Shown here: positions 30,601 through 40,784 of the stretch, one piece after another
Layout of the letters: the number at the start of each line of letters is the position of its first letter
How positions within the stretch are numbered: the first letter of the stretch is position 1
Assembly (NCBI GenBank): GCA_963796955.1
Contig: CAWCNJ010000010.1
Span: 1-62,404 of the forward strand
Length of the DNA stretch: 62,404 bases
Source of the DNA: Endomicrobiales bacterium
Lineage (GTDB): Bacteria > Elusimicrobiota > Endomicrobiia > Endomicrobiales > JALOBY01
Direction: 5' to 3'
The notes under the pieces: model-generated
Database searches by the model: none
Seen by the model: only the letters and a program-made list of their open reading frames with translations
Told to the model about the DNA's origin: nothing
Made by a program: the position numbers and the translations under genes

Positions 30601-32596
30601 TGAAGACGGTAAAGCACAAGACTGGGTCTACCTTAGCGTAAATAAAGCGTTCGAGGGCTTAACGGGTTTGAAAGACGCAGCAGGAAAACGCGTTTCCCAA
30701 CTGATTCCCGGCATCAGGCAGTCAGACCCCGGGCTATTCGATATGTATGCCCGGGTTTCCCTAAGCGGGAAACCTGAAAAGTTTGAGACGTTTGTTCAGG
30801 CGCTAAATATCTGGTTCTCTATTGCCGTTTACAGCCCACAAAAGGGATACTTCGTTGCTATGTTCGATGTCATAACCGAGCGCAAGTTGACCGAACAGGC
30901 CTTGAAGGATAGCGAGGAGCGGTTCCACACTATGGCAAACGCCATGCCGCAGCTGGCGTGGATCGCAAAAGCCGATGGCTACATCTACTGGTATAACCAG
31001 CGCTGGTATGACTATACGGGAACCACTCCGGCGCAGATGGAAGGCTGGGGCTGGCAGAGCGTTCACGATCCCGAGCTGCTCCCGTCGGTCATGGAGAGAT
31101 GGAAGGCATCAATTGCTACCGGTGAGCCATTCGAGATGGAGTTCCCTCTGCGGGGCGCGGACGGCACATTTCGTTCTTTTCTAACGCGCGGAATACCTTT
31201 AAAAGATAATAACAGGCATGTTGTCCAGTGGTTTGGTACTAACACCGATGTGCACGAGCTCAAGCAAGTTCAAGACTCACAGCGTGAAAGTGAAAAGAAG
31301 TTAAGCGCGTCTAACCGGGTTCTTCGGACGCTTACTGACAGCGGGCAGGCCATGATCCGGGCTGTGGATGAAGTAACGTATATCAAGCAGGTTTGCGAGA
31401 TAATAGTCAAAGACGGCGGCTACCGCATGGCGTGGGTTGGCTTTGCCGAAGACGATGAGGACAAAACCATTTGGCCCGTTGCGAAAGCGGGATTTGAGGA
31501 TGGATACCTGGAGACCATTAATATTTCCTGGGCAGATACTGATCGCGGACGGGGCCCGACCGGCACGGCAGTGCGCACCGGGCAGGTCTCTATTTGCAGG
31601 AACATGCTGGAAGATCCTAAAATAAAACCATGGCGTGAGCAGGCAATAAAAAGAGGGTACGCCTCTTCTATAGCGTTCCCCTTGAAATATTATGATAAGA
31701 CGTACGGCGCTTTGACCCTCTATTCGGAAAACCCCGACCCTTTCACGGACGATGAGATCAATTTGTTGACTGAACTAGCCGATGACCTTGCTTACGGCAT
31801 AAGTGTGATCAGGCTGCGCAGCGCCCAGGCGAAAGCTGAGGAAATACTTAAACGCGATAAGCAGATGCTTGAAAAACTGGTCAACGAGCAGGCTAACCAG
31901 ATGGTAAAGGCCCAGCTGGAGGTTGAAAAAAGTAAACGGCTGTCAGACATCGGACAGCTTGCATCCACGATAGCCCATGAACTCAGGAACCCGCTGGTTG
32001 CCATAAAAATGGCGGCATATAACATTCAACGTAAGGCCGCAAACCCGAACCTGGAAAAACATATCGTTAATATCAATAAAAAAGTAGCGGAAAGCGACCT
32101 GATAATACAGAACCTGTTGAATTTCGGGAAAACCAAAGTGCCGCATTTTGAGACGATAGATCTGTGTGAGCTGATAAAAGAAAATATGAATACTGTTTCA
32201 ACCAAATATCTGGATTGGAATGTTGACTTGAAAGATAATTTCAACACTAAAGGGATCTGTAGCGTTGATGCCGACGCCGGACAGCTGGCGGCGCTTTTCT
32301 CGAATATACTGGACAACGCCTACCAGTCATTATCGGGCAAAGAAGGCAAAATTGAAATTTCCGTCAATGCGGAGGACGGCGGCTATGAGATAACTATAAA
32401 AGACAACGGTTCCGGTATAGCCGAGGGCGACCTGCAGCGAATATTTGATCCATTCTATACGACCAAGGCCAGGGGTACCGGACTCGGTCTTACGGTATGC
32501 AGGGAAATAGTAACCCTGCACGGCGGCACGCTGGATATCACCAGCGTTAAAAATATAGGCACGGCCGTAAATATACATCTTCCCGCCCGCCATTAG
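27668..32596 (+). CDS. CheB-CheR-PAS-GAF histidine kinase hybrid (1642 aa)
   Basis: GASAGG, AGCSTGEE, NEEL heptads, several PAS, GAF (GRGPTG), HELRNPL, GTGLGL. Confidence 0.93.
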   Translation: MVRKTAKSHTGENHKAVRITFPIASVGASAGGIEAIIPFIKAIPEKTGMAFVILQHLDPGSEDLLPEILSKITRIPIHLIKNDDKLVPGAIYVLPPGKAAEIKGSRFRLTARADSRESKMIIDRFMCSLAEAAGERSAGIILSGANNDGTLGLQAIREAGGITFAQLLRTSKYIEMPRSAAAFADFILPPKTIASKLCAIFSCDVADIIITHENLQAIYRLIGESKHVDFSEYKQTTMIRRISRRMLFRKSASAGEYIELLKNDAEELEELCSDLLINVTSFFRDQQMFDHLQKKIFPRLLKNRTPDMPLRIWVAGCSTGEEVYSLAILIAELAGMENLKNKVQIFASDLKESVLRKARAGSFKHSINAAVSEERLKRFFVRKHDGYQVNGILRECCTFVKHNVLQDPPFSRIDVLSCRNMLIYMTADLQRQVLSAFHFALRPGGYLVLGSSETITGLSTDFIIVDKKNNIYENEKTGSAHLPEFIYKRKPLGRALQDMNMVLSENVLRQESGVKKKVDDIILERYTPSGIVVNENLEIVHFRGKTEGYLEFPTGKATFNLMKMLRHELLPHVHAAMHRVKKAKGPVTSERILLRREHQPQEVVIEVVPLVNASNRHDHFLILFNELPVLAPNERTAESPSKIKVLNRASVSRLEKELILNKEYLRVLIHEKENATDELKSAYEEIQSSNEELRSANEELETSKEELQSANEELTTVNEELHTRNQEMGLVNDDLRNYLDSVDAPILVLNKTLEIRHFTPAAERVFSLKAHDIGRSISDIKLRVKVDDICGDIRSVVRTRRPKEQEVQDSSGINYILRIRPYLAKNGKIEGALVVFINIEATKRAYRQIEEMARFPLENPNPVLRVSNTGALMYANPGAASLLRYWKIKTGDIVPDEIKKIVTSCMLLGNNREYDISVENKIFSLFISPVCNSQYVIIYGRDVTKHKQAEDALRESEERYRGLFEHMTEGFAYCQMIFEDGKAQDWVYLSVNKAFEGLTGLKDAAGKRVSQLIPGIRQSDPGLFDMYARVSLSGKPEKFETFVQALNIWFSIAVYSPQKGYFVAMFDVITERKLTEQALKDSEERFHTMANAMPQLAWIAKADGYIYWYNQRWYDYTGTTPAQMEGWGWQSVHDPELLPSVMERWKASIATGEPFEMEFPLRGADGTFRSFLTRGIPLKDNNRHVVQWFGTNTDVHELKQVQDSQRESEKKLSASNRVLRTLTDSGQAMIRAVDEVTYIKQVCEIIVKDGGYRMAWVGFAEDDEDKTIWPVAKAGFEDGYLETINISWADTDRGRGPTGTAVRTGQVSICRNMLEDPKIKPWREQAIKRGYASSIAFPLKYYDKTYGALTLYSENPDPFTDDEINLLTELADDLAYGISVIRLRSAQAKAEEILKRDKQMLEKLVNEQANQMVKAQLEVEKSKRLSDIGQLASTIAHELRNPLVAIKMAAYNIQRKAANPNLEKHIVNINKKVAESDLIIQNLLNFGKTKVPHFETIDLCELIKENMNTVSTKYLDWNVDLKDNFNTKGICSVDADAGQLAALFSNILDNAYQSLSGKEGKIEISVNAEDGGYEITIKDNGSGIAEGDLQRIFDPFYTTKARGTGLGLTVCREIVTLHGGTLDITSVKNIGTAVNIHLPARH

Positions 32597-32770
32597 CACT
32601 GTTTGTTTTCTCACTTCTACTGACGTTTATAACCCTCACCATTGACGGCGTGTTAACGAAGTTATTTAATAACATTAAACGATACGTATTATAAATTGCT
32701 GAAAACCATGACGGATGCGATCTCGTGGTTTTCTTTTCTTATGGTCCGTTTCAAGACTATCGGGGGCATC

Positions 32771-33841
32771 ATGGAGTTTCAGGCAGAGCAGGCTTACAGC
32801 TGGTTGTTTGATAACATGGCCGAAGGTTTTGCTCATTGCCGCGTTCTTCATGAGGGCGGGCGCGCTGTTAACTGGGTTTTTCTTTCTGTGAACAAAGCAT
32901 TCACCGCGCTTACAGGCGCAGAATCTGTAGCAGGTAAAAAGGCATCCGACATTTTCCCCGGGATAATCGAGAATGACCGGGAATTGCTGGAAGTGTATGA
33001 CAGGGTATCCCAAAGCGGCAAACATGAGAAACCCGAGATGTTCATTAAAACATTCAACCAGTGGCTTTCTCTTTCGGTTTACAGCCCGGCGAGCGAGCAC
33101 CTTATGGTATTGTTCGAAGTGATCTCCGGGCGCAAAAATCATGAGGAATCCATAAGGTTGGAATTAAAGAGGGCAAAACGGCTCTCCGATATAGGGACGC
33201 TGGCGGCGACGGTCGCGCATGAGATAAGGAACCCGCTTGCCGCCATGCAGATCGCGGCCGCTAACCTTAAACGTAAGATAAGGGATGAGAACATTGAAAA
33301 ACACGTGCACACGATAGAGAAGAAAATATTTGAGAGCGAAAATATAATTGAGAACCTTTTGGCATATGCGCGTGTGAAACAGCCGAGTTACGCAAAACTG
33401 GATATGATCGCGGTCGTCAACGATTGCCTTACGGTCGCCCAGTTGCAGTTTCGAAGAAAACAAGTGGTTGTTAAAAAAGATTTTGCAGGTGAAAAACAGT
33501 ATTCAATGGAAGCGGACGCGACTCAGATGAATGAAGTGATCCAGAATGTGGTCAATAACGCCTTCGATGCCGTCCCGGAGAACGGAGGGGTGATCGATGT
33601 GTCCGTAAAAACCGTCGGAGAATGGGTAGAGATCTGCGTAACCGACAACGGGCATGGTATTGAAGGAGAATCGCTTGATAAAGTCTTCGATCCGTTCTTT
33701 ACGACAAAAACCAGGGGTACCGGCCTTGGTCTTGCGGTTTCACGCCAGATAATAGACCGGCATGACGGTTCCATCGAGCTTGAAAGCGAACCCGGAAAAG
33801 GCACCGCGGTGACCATTATGCTGCCCAGACAAAGGTCTTAG
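32771..33841 (+). CDS. PAS sensor histidine kinase
   Basis: PAS, HEIRNPL, NAFDA, DNGHG, PFFTTK, GTGLGL; ATG 32771 chosen as start. Confidence 0.9.
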   Translation: MEFQAEQAYSWLFDNMAEGFAHCRVLHEGGRAVNWVFLSVNKAFTALTGAESVAGKKASDIFPGIIENDRELLEVYDRVSQSGKHEKPEMFIKTFNQWLSLSVYSPASEHLMVLFEVISGRKNHEESIRLELKRAKRLSDIGTLAATVAHEIRNPLAAMQIAAANLKRKIRDENIEKHVHTIEKKIFESENIIENLLAYARVKQPSYAKLDMIAVVNDCLTVAQLQFRRKQVVVKKDFAGEKQYSMEADATQMNEVIQNVVNNAFDAVPENGGVIDVSVKTVGEWVEICVTDNGHGIEGESLDKVFDPFFTTKTRGTGLGLAVSRQIIDRHDGSIELESEPGKGTAVTIMLPRQRS

Positions 33842-33938
33842 GTCAGTTCCAGGGAGAATTCGGCAATATTCAAGCAGCGCGGGAAAAAATATAATGATCA
33901 GGAAATCTAAGCTCGACCGTCCGCAGAAAGGAGAGGTT

Positions 33939-34490
33939 ATGGAAACAAAGATCGCCCGTTCGGAAAAAGTGGCAACTGTCTATAAACATATAGAAGAGCC
34001 GGAGTTCGTAATAACACACTTCTTTAACGCGCCCAGGGAAAAAGTCTGGGAGGCCTGGACCGATCCTGCCATGGTAAAACGCTGGTGGGGGCCGGTGGGC
34101 TTCGCGATACCGGTATGTGAAATGGACGCGCAGCCGGGCGGCAAATTCCGCATTGTAATGCGTTCACCGTACGGCGTAGAGTACCCGCTTAAGGGTGTAT
34201 ACCGCAAGGTCGTGGAGCCCGAACAGATCACGTACAACGAATACTGGGATGAGCACCCTGCCGAATGGCAGCAGATACTTAAGGACAACGGCGCAGGCAA
34301 CGAAGCTGAGGGCGCGCTTAACACTATAAATTTTGAAGATTACGACGGCAAAACAAAGGTCACGATACGCACCCTGTTCGAAGCGATCTCGGTGCGTGAC
34401 GCGATGGAGAGGATGGGAATGAAGGAAGGCTGGGAAGAAAGCCTGGAACGCCTTGCGGATCTTCTTGCAAAGTGCGAACAGACGGTTTAG
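33939..34490 (+). CDS. SRPBCC / AHSA1 domain protein
   Basis: FNAPREKVWEAWTDP, WWGP, GMKEGWEESLERL; SD AGGAGAGG. Confidence 0.9.
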   Translation: METKIARSEKVATVYKHIEEPEFVITHFFNAPREKVWEAWTDPAMVKRWWGPVGFAIPVCEMDAQPGGKFRIVMRSPYGVEYPLKGVYRKVVEPEQITYNEYWDEHPAEWQQILKDNGAGNEAEGALNTINFEDYDGKTKVTIRTLFEAISVRDAMERMGMKEGWEESLERLADLLAKCEQTV

Positions 34491-34499
34491 GGGGAATGT

Positions 34500-35039
34500 A
34501 TGGCAAACGTGACAGAACAGGAAAAGACATCTGAAGTTCAGGAAAAAATGAAAATAATGCAGCAGCTTGGCACTCCCGGTATGCAGCATAAGCAATTGGC
34601 GAAGCTGGCCGGCACCTGGAAGAGCAAAATGAAGTCGTGGATGGAGCCCGGTAAGGCCCCCATCGAAAGCGCGGGGACCAACGTGCAGGAAATGATACTG
34701 GACGGCCGTTACCTGCAGTCAACCGAAACAGGTCTGATGGGCGGCGCACCATTTACCGGCATCGGTGTCACCGGTTTTAACAACGCCACAAAAAAGTTTT
34801 TCGAGACGTGGATGGATTCCATGAGTACGGGTGTCGCCCTATTCGAAGGAACCTCAAGCGCAGACGGGAAAACCATGACCATGGAAAGCCATATGGATCA
34901 CCCGGCGATGGGTCCGGTGACGATGCGTACGGTAACGAAACTGCTTGATGACGACCATTATACGTTCGAAATGTTCAATACGGACAAAAGCGGTAAAGAA
35001 CAAAAAACGATGGAGATCACTTACAGCCGTGTGAAATAA
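34500..35039 (+). CDS. DUF1579 family protein
   Basis: PGMQHKQLAKLAGTW, TWMDSMSTG, MEITYSR. Confidence 0.8.
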   Translation: MANVTEQEKTSEVQEKMKIMQQLGTPGMQHKQLAKLAGTWKSKMKSWMEPGKAPIESAGTNVQEMILDGRYLQSTETGLMGGAPFTGIGVTGFNNATKKFFETWMDSMSTGVALFEGTSSADGKTMTMESHMDHPAMGPVTMRTVTKLLDDDHYTFEMFNTDKSGKEQKTMEITYSRVK

Positions 35040-35079
35040 TGACCGGTGGAAACCGGCCTTGGATCATAGATGTGTAAAG

Positions 35080-35110
35080 AACCATGCCCGGGGGAGGCGT
35101 GGTTTTTTAT
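35080..35110 (+). terminator. Intrinsic terminator
   Basis: AACCATGCC/GGCGTGGTT stem followed by T-run. Confidence 0.7.
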
Positions 35111-35135
35111 TTGCAGATATTTTTATGACAGGCAC

Positions 35136-35164
35136 TTGACAGGAAAATTGTTTTGTGGTATGCT
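35136..35164 (+). promoter_or_regulatory. sigma70 promoter of the porin-amtB-glnK-nifA-rpoN* operon
   Basis: TTGACA-17-TATGCT. Confidence 0.75.
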
Positions 35165-35175
35165 TTGAATGCAGT

Positions 35176-35324
35176 AAGGCAATGATGCCTTTTCGGGAAA
35201 GACCCCGGGAAGGCGTTTTTTATTAGAGCCCCAAAGACGGGGACGACCATAATGGCGCAGATGCCATGGCAGCAAAGGCACAGATGCCTGCAATTCCGTT
35301 ACTGCGGAATGCCGGCGTTTTTTT
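35176..35324 (+). promoter_or_regulatory. ANTAR-type antitermination leader with two tandem terminators
   Basis: Hexaloop hairpins AAGGC-AATGAT-GCCTT, CCCC-AAAGAC-GGGG, ATGGC-GCAGAT-GCCAT, AGGC-ACAGAT-GCCT; terminators at 35187-35221 and 35286-35324 overlap the 3' arms of hairpins. Confidence 0.8.
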
Positions 35325-35346
35325 ATTTTCAAGAAAGGGGAATAGT

Positions 35347-36054
35347 ATGAAGAAAAACTGGTTGTGCGGCTGGGTATCAATAAGTATGTTGTTCCTGGGA
35401 ACCATGGCGTATGCGACGCCTTCAACGCAGATATGGAATCCATCGACTGATATTCAGGGGCTTAAAACGTGGCATCTGGGCATAGACAATTATTTCTCTG
35501 TATCGGACAACGACAAAAAAGCGGTAAATGTGCCGACAGATACGAACATTACGTATGGTGTGTGCAAAAACGTGGAGATCGGCTTTGATTATTTTGGCGC
35601 CTCTTACGATCCCCTGCAATTCAACGCCAAGTACGGTTTGCCTGAGGGCGACGCCATGCCGGCGATAGCGGTCGGCGGCCAGAACATCGGGACCAGAAAA
35701 GATGTTACCAACTACGACATCTTCTACGCGGTTATCGCAAAGACCTTTAGGCCGGTCGGCCGGTTCTCGGTTGGTTACTACAACGGCAACGACAAGCTGC
35801 TGCTGGATGAGAAGGGTGAGGCGGCAAACACGGGCATAATAGCCAGCTGGGATAAACAGCTGAGCGACAAGTGGTGGGCTTCGATAGACTGTTCCACCGG
35901 CAAAAGCTGGTATGGTGTGACCTCGGCCGGCTTGTCATATGCCTTCGCACCGAACACCAGCGTGATACTCGGCTATGTGATACCCAACAACCCCGACGCT
36001 GTCGGCGGTTACAAGAACCACATGGTCACCACGCAGCTGGACATTAACTTCTAA
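35347..36054 (+). CDS. Putative outer-membrane beta-barrel (porin-like), copy 1
   Basis: Signal peptide ending AYA, amphipathic strands, C-terminal QLDINF. Confidence 0.65.
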   Translation: MKKNWLCGWVSISMLFLGTMAYATPSTQIWNPSTDIQGLKTWHLGIDNYFSVSDNDKKAVNVPTDTNITYGVCKNVEIGFDYFGASYDPLQFNAKYGLPEGDAMPAIAVGGQNIGTRKDVTNYDIFYAVIAKTFRPVGRFSVGYYNGNDKLLLDEKGEAANTGIIASWDKQLSDKWWASIDCSTGKSWYGVTSAGLSYAFAPNTSVILGYVIPNNPDAVGGYKNHMVTTQLDINF

Positions 36055-36067
36055 TAGGAGAAATACA

Positions 36068-37465
36068 ATGAAAAAAATACTTTTCGGATGTTTGCTTGGT
36101 ACCATGTTGATGGTTTGTGGAACTGTTGTTCGCGCCGATGATGCCACGAACAACGCTACTACTGCGGCGCCGCTGGCGGCACCTGCGCCTGCCACGGCGT
36201 CCGCGGTAGCAGCACCTGCCCCGGCTGCTGCAAAAGTCGATACCGGCGACACGTCGTGGATGTTGATCTCCACCGCGCTGGTGCTGCTGATGACCCTGCC
36301 GGGCCTCGCCTTTTTCTACGGCGGGCTGGTGCGGCGCAAGAACATTCTTGGTGTGTTAATGCAATGCGGCATCATTCTTTGCGTTATCAGCCTGCAATGG
36401 GTGTTGTTCGGTTACTCTCTGGCGTTCTCACCCGGGAATGCCTTTATCGGTTCCCTTAAATGGGTAGGCCTGCACGGCGTTACCCTGGAGCCGTACGCAG
36501 ATTATGCGGCGACGATACCGCATCAGCTGTTCATGATATTCCAAGCCATGTTCGCGGTTATCACGCCTGCGCTTATTATCGGCGCCTTCGCGGAACGCAT
36601 GAAGTTCTCCGCCTTCCTGCTTTTCTCCATACTGTGGGCGACGATCGTGTACGACCCTATGGCGCACATGGTGTGGGGCGTCGGCGGCTTCCTGCGTAAT
36701 CTGGGTGCGATAGACTTTGCCGGCGGAACGGTCGTTCATATTAATGCAGGTGTCGCCGCGATAGTTTCAGCTCTCTACCTTGGCCGTCGCAAGGGGTATA
36801 ACAATCAGCCGATAGCGCCGCACAATGTGCCTTTTACCGTGCTTGGCGCCGGCTTGTTGTGGTTCGGTTGGTTCGGTTTTAATGCAGGCTCGGCTTTGGG
36901 CGCTAACGGTCTTGCGGTGAATGCCTTTGTAACTACGAATACCGCTACCGCCGCTGCCGGCCTTATGTGGGCATTGCTTGAATGGTATTTCTCAGGCAAG
37001 CCGACGACCCTTGGCGTCGCGACCGGCGCGGTCGCCGGCCTTGTTGCCATCACTCCTGCCTGCGGATTCGTTTCTATCATGCCTTCAATACTGATAGGCC
37101 TCGGCGTCAGCGCGATCTGCTTCTTTATGGTTGCCGTTGTTAAGCCGAAACTTGGTTATGACGATTCCCTGGACGCCTTCGGCGTGCACGGCATCGGCGG
37201 CATGTGGGGTGCTATCGCGACCGGCTTGTTCGCTTCTATCGCCGTAAACCCGGCCGGCGCCAACGGTTTTTTCCTGGGCAACTTTGCTCTGCTGAAAGCC
37301 CAGTTCATAGCGGTTGCTTTCACTATAGCTTATTCGGCCCTATTTACTTTCCTGATCCTGAAATTCGTCAACGTCGTGATCGGCGTCCGTGTAACTGATA
37401 AGGATGAAACGATGGGCCTTGACCTTTCCCAGCACCACGAGGCCGGCTACACTGTTTTGGAATAA
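36068..37465 (+). CDS. amtB: Ammonium transporter
   Basis: [47 protein letters not shown]. Confidence 0.97.
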   Translation: MKKILFGCLLGTMLMVCGTVVRADDATNNATTAAPLAAPAPATASAVAAPAPAAAKVDTGDTSWMLISTALVLLMTLPGLAFFYGGLVRRKNILGVLMQCGIILCVISLQWVLFGYSLAFSPGNAFIGSLKWVGLHGVTLEPYADYAATIPHQLFMIFQAMFAVITPALIIGAFAERMKFSAFLLFSILWATIVYDPMAHMVWGVGGFLRNLGAIDFAGGTVVHINAGVAAIVSALYLGRRKGYNNQPIAPHNVPFTVLGAGLLWFGWFGFNAGSALGANGLAVNAFVTTNTATAAAGLMWALLEWYFSGKPTTLGVATGAVAGLVAITPACGFVSIMPSILIGLGVSAICFFMVAVVKPKLGYDDSLDAFGVHGIGGMWGAIATGLFASIAVNPAGANGFFLGNFALLKAQFIAVAFTIAYSALFTFLILKFVNVVIGVRVTDKDETMGLDLSQHHEAGYTVLE

Positions 37466-37485
37466 CATATTTAAGGAGAATTTTA

Positions 37486-37827
37486 ATGAAACTTATAACA
37501 GCAATTATACAGCCGTACAAGCTTGAAAGCGTTAAGGAAGAACTGTACAAAGCTGAGGTGAATTTGATAACCGTGACCGAAGTACTGGGTCACGGACGGC
37601 AGATGGGCGTAACTGAAGTTTACCGCGGCATAAAGGAAAGCGGTAACCTGCTGCGGAAGGTTCAGGTTACGATCGCGGTCAACGAAGAGTTCGTGAAACC
37701 CACGATAGATGCCATTATAAAAGGTGCTCGCAGCGGCGAAATAGGCGATGGAAAGATATTTGTGACCGACCTGCCGGAAGTGATACGCATACGTACCGGC
37801 GAAACCGGTCCTAAAGCGATCGGATAA
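37486..37827 (+). CDS. glnK: PII nitrogen regulator next to amtB
   Basis: [23 protein letters not shown]; position equivalent to Tyr51 is Glu. Confidence 0.9.
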   Translation: MKLITAIIQPYKLESVKEELYKAEVNLITVTEVLGHGRQMGVTEVYRGIKESGNLLRKVQVTIAVNEEFVKPTIDAIIKGARSGEIGDGKIFVTDLPEVIRIRTGETGPKAIG

Positions 37828-37853
37828 TACTGTTGTTCGCGGGAGGGCCGGCT

Positions 37854-39422
37854 ATGCGAAAAAATATTAAGCAAAAAGACGAAAAGGGTGAACTTGCCCT
37901 GTTGTTTAATATAAGCCGTGCTTTAAGCCAAAGCATGGACCTGAAGGAAGTAGTCGGCCCCGTATTAAAAGTTATGGCGGAGCACCTGGGGTTGCTGCGC
38001 GGCACCTTGACGATATTGAACCGGCAGACGGGCGAGATCTCAATTGAAGACGCCTACGGCCTGTCTGCCGAGGAGCGAGCCAGGGGCAGGTATAAGCTTG
38101 GCGAGGGCATAACCGGCAAGGTGGTGCTGAGCGGTAAGCCCGCGATAATACCAAAGATAGAAGAAGAACCTTCTTTCCTTGACCGGACGGGCGCCCGCAG
38201 GCGCATAGATAAAAAAGACATTTCCTTCGTTTGCGTGCCTATCAAGATAGGCAACGAGGTAATTGGGGCACTCAGTGCTGATATGCTCTATGCAAAAAAG
38301 GAATCTTTTGACGAAAAAGTAAGGTTGTTGACGATCGTTTCATCAATGATAGCGCAAGCCGTGCGGTTAAGACAATCGTCGCAGGAAGAGATGGAAAAAC
38401 TGCAGCAAGAGAACACCCGCCTCCAGGAGGAACTGAAGGACCGGTTTCGCCCCTCAAACATCATCGGCAATTCCACGAACATCAGGCAGGTTTACGAGCT
38501 GATAGAAAAAGTTTCCAAAAGCGATGCGACGGTCTTGATACTGGGCGAAAGCGGCGTCGGCAAAGAGCTGGTGGCTCACGCCATCCATTACAACAGCCTG
38601 CGGACAAGAAAACCCTTCATCCAATTCAACGGCGCTGCGCTTCCGGGCGATATCATTGAAAGTGAGCTTTTTGGGCATGAGAAGGGAGCATTTACCGGCG
38701 CAACCGCCCAGCGTAAAGGCCGTTTTGAACTGGCCGATGGCGGAACGATATTCATAGACGAAGTCGGCGATATGCCGATAAACATTCAAGTTAAGCTGCT
38801 GAGAGTGTTGCAGGAAAAAACGTTTGAAAGGGTGGGCGGTAACGAGCCTATAAAGGCGGATGTGCGTATACTGACCGCCACGAACCAAAATCTGGATGAG
38901 CTGGTCAAGCAGGGTAAATTCCGTTTAGATCTGTATTACCGCTTGAATGTCTTTCCTGTGGTGGTGCCGCCTCTCAGAGAGCGAAAAACAGATATACTGT
39001 TGCTTGCTGATCATTTTGTGGCTATATACGCCAAAGCTAATAATAAAGATATCAAGAGGATCTCAACATCGGCGATAGATATGATGATGAGCTACCACTG
39101 GCCTGGAAATGTCCGGGAGTTGGAGAACTGCATAGAACGCGCGGTGATACTCAGCAGTGACGGCGTGATCCACGGCTATAACCTGCCGCCGACCCTGCAA
39201 ACTGCGGAAGCCAGTACCACTATACAAAAAGGTACGCTGAGGTCCGCCCTTGAACGCATGGAAATGGAAACGATAACTGAGGCGCTGAAGAACGCCAAAG
39301 GCAATATGGCGCAGGCGGCGCGACAACTTGGCCTGACCGAAAGAATGATCGGCATCAGGGCGCAGAAATACAAAATAGATTTCCACCGGTTCCGACCGGT
39401 CATTAACACGGGGGCGGACTGA
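37854..39422 (+). CDS. nifA: NifA-like sigma54 activator (GAF-AAA+-HTH), copy 1
   Basis: [34 protein letters not shown], Fis-type HTH. Confidence 0.85.
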   Translation: MRKNIKQKDEKGELALLFNISRALSQSMDLKEVVGPVLKVMAEHLGLLRGTLTILNRQTGEISIEDAYGLSAEERARGRYKLGEGITGKVVLSGKPAIIPKIEEEPSFLDRTGARRRIDKKDISFVCVPIKIGNEVIGALSADMLYAKKESFDEKVRLLTIVSSMIAQAVRLRQSSQEEMEKLQQENTRLQEELKDRFRPSNIIGNSTNIRQVYELIEKVSKSDATVLILGESGVGKELVAHAIHYNSLRTRKPFIQFNGAALPGDIIESELFGHEKGAFTGATAQRKGRFELADGGTIFIDEVGDMPINIQVKLLRVLQEKTFERVGGNEPIKADVRILTATNQNLDELVKQGKFRLDLYYRLNVFPVVVPPLRERKTDILLLADHFVAIYAKANNKDIKRISTSAIDMMMSYHWPGNVRELENCIERAVILSSDGVIHGYNLPPTLQTAEASTTIQKGTLRSALERMEMETITEALKNAKGNMAQAARQLGLTERMIGIRAQKYKIDFHRFRPVINTGAD

Positions 39423-39424
39423 TC

Positions 39425-40555
39425 ATGAGCGCCGGCTTTGCTCAAACACAATCGGCACGCCAGGGTTTCGGCTTTCAGACAAGGCTGGCGGGCCTGCTTG
39501 AGCTGCCCGAGAAAGAATATGCGGGCTTGATAGCCGAGATCGAGGCGGACCCGCTTTTTATAAAGCTCAAATATGCCGAGAACAAGCCGGAGCGCGCCAT
39601 TCGCTCGCGGCGGCTTCAGCAGGCCGACCTTTCGCACCGCTTCCTGGAGCTTAAAGAGGACCTGGCGGTGCACGCCGGCGGCGAGGGTGGCGCGGAGGTT
39701 GAAAAACTTCTTGCCGATAAAGATAAACTTGTGGCCGTTATACGGAAGCTCGGAGAAGACGATTTTAAAAGATATTTCATTTACAACGAAGATTCGTTGT
39801 CGCTTTCCGAAATAGCGGCGGAATGCGAACTTGAGCCTGAGAACGTACAAGAGATATTATCCCTGCTTAACGCCGTCGATGTTTACAGCGAATTCTTTAC
39901 CCCATCCGCCGAACCCATGTCCTCCGGAGTACACCATTATAAGATCGCCACGCTTGCGAGAACCGGTAAAGGCATTACCATCCAATTCAATTCCGCCCAT
40001 TGGGCACGCGGTCTCTACGAGGTGGATCACGAGAAGATCGGGAAAATGGCCGCTGCGGGCCGGATAACCAAAGAAGAGGGTAAGCGGCTTAAGAAACTGC
40101 TGCAAAAGATAGAATTCGTGAACTTGCGCAAATCGCTGATGCACAATATCATCTCAATAATGATCAAAAAGCAAAATAACTATTTCCGCTGCAAACAGGA
40201 GAGCGGTCTGGTGCCTTTTATGCAGATAGAGCTGGCGAAAGAATTGGGCGTTCATCCGAGCATTATATCCCGGGCGACAACCGGGCGTTCCATCGAAACC
40301 CCGTGGGGCGAGGAAAAGCCTCTCAAATTTTTCTTTATAGCCGCTGCGTCCAGACAGAGAGATGATGTTTTGCGCCATATCAGGAATATTATCAGAGAAG
40401 AAAAATTCAAGCTGCAAAAAGATTCAGTCGCTAAACCCTCGGCCGATAAAGACATCGCAAAGACACTGCTGGACAGGTACGGTGTCAAGATATCCCAACG
40501 CACCGTCGCAAAATACCGCACATCAATGAAGATCCCCGGCGCCTTCCACCGCTAA
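39425..40555 (+). CDS. Short divergent sigma54 (RpoN-like) factor
   Basis: Q-rich start plus LLEL (region I-like), ELAKELGVHPSIISRA..TPWG..LKFFF HTH, RpoN box SQRTVAKYR; 376 aa. Confidence 0.85.
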   Translation: MSAGFAQTQSARQGFGFQTRLAGLLELPEKEYAGLIAEIEADPLFIKLKYAENKPERAIRSRRLQQADLSHRFLELKEDLAVHAGGEGGAEVEKLLADKDKLVAVIRKLGEDDFKRYFIYNEDSLSLSEIAAECELEPENVQEILSLLNAVDVYSEFFTPSAEPMSSGVHHYKIATLARTGKGITIQFNSAHWARGLYEVDHEKIGKMAAAGRITKEEGKRLKKLLQKIEFVNLRKSLMHNIISIMIKKQNNYFRCKQESGLVPFMQIELAKELGVHPSIISRATTGRSIETPWGEEKPLKFFFIAAASRQRDDVLRHIRNIIREEKFKLQKDSVAKPSADKDIAKTLLDRYGVKISQRTVAKYRTSMKIPGAFHR

Positions 40556-40573
40556 ACCCCAGAGCATCAAAAA

Positions 40574-40618
40574 CTACATTTTCGTAACTTCCTATCAGCT
40601 AAGCTACATTTTTGTAGC
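40574..40618. promoter_or_regulatory. Paired palindromic activator sites (UAS) 1
   Basis: CTACATTTTCGTAA and GCTACATTTTTGTAGC, 30 nt apart. Confidence 0.7.
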
Positions 40619-40659
40619 CGGCTACCCGGTTTTAGTGAACGGCCCTGCATGCCGAAACT

Positions 40660-40688
40660 TTGCACGCCGATTGCAGGAAAGAAGGGTG
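40660..40688 (+). promoter_or_regulatory. Non-canonical -24/-12 promoter 1
   Basis: TTGCAC-gccga-TTGCAGGA-aaga-AGGGTG. Confidence 0.75.
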
Positions 40689-40784
40689 AAGCCAGCTCAC
40701 TAATCGGCGTAGGACACGGAAGTCCGTTCGGGCAATGCCGCCTGAAAATGAGCGAAAATGCAGTTAAACTACCTGGAGGATGTT

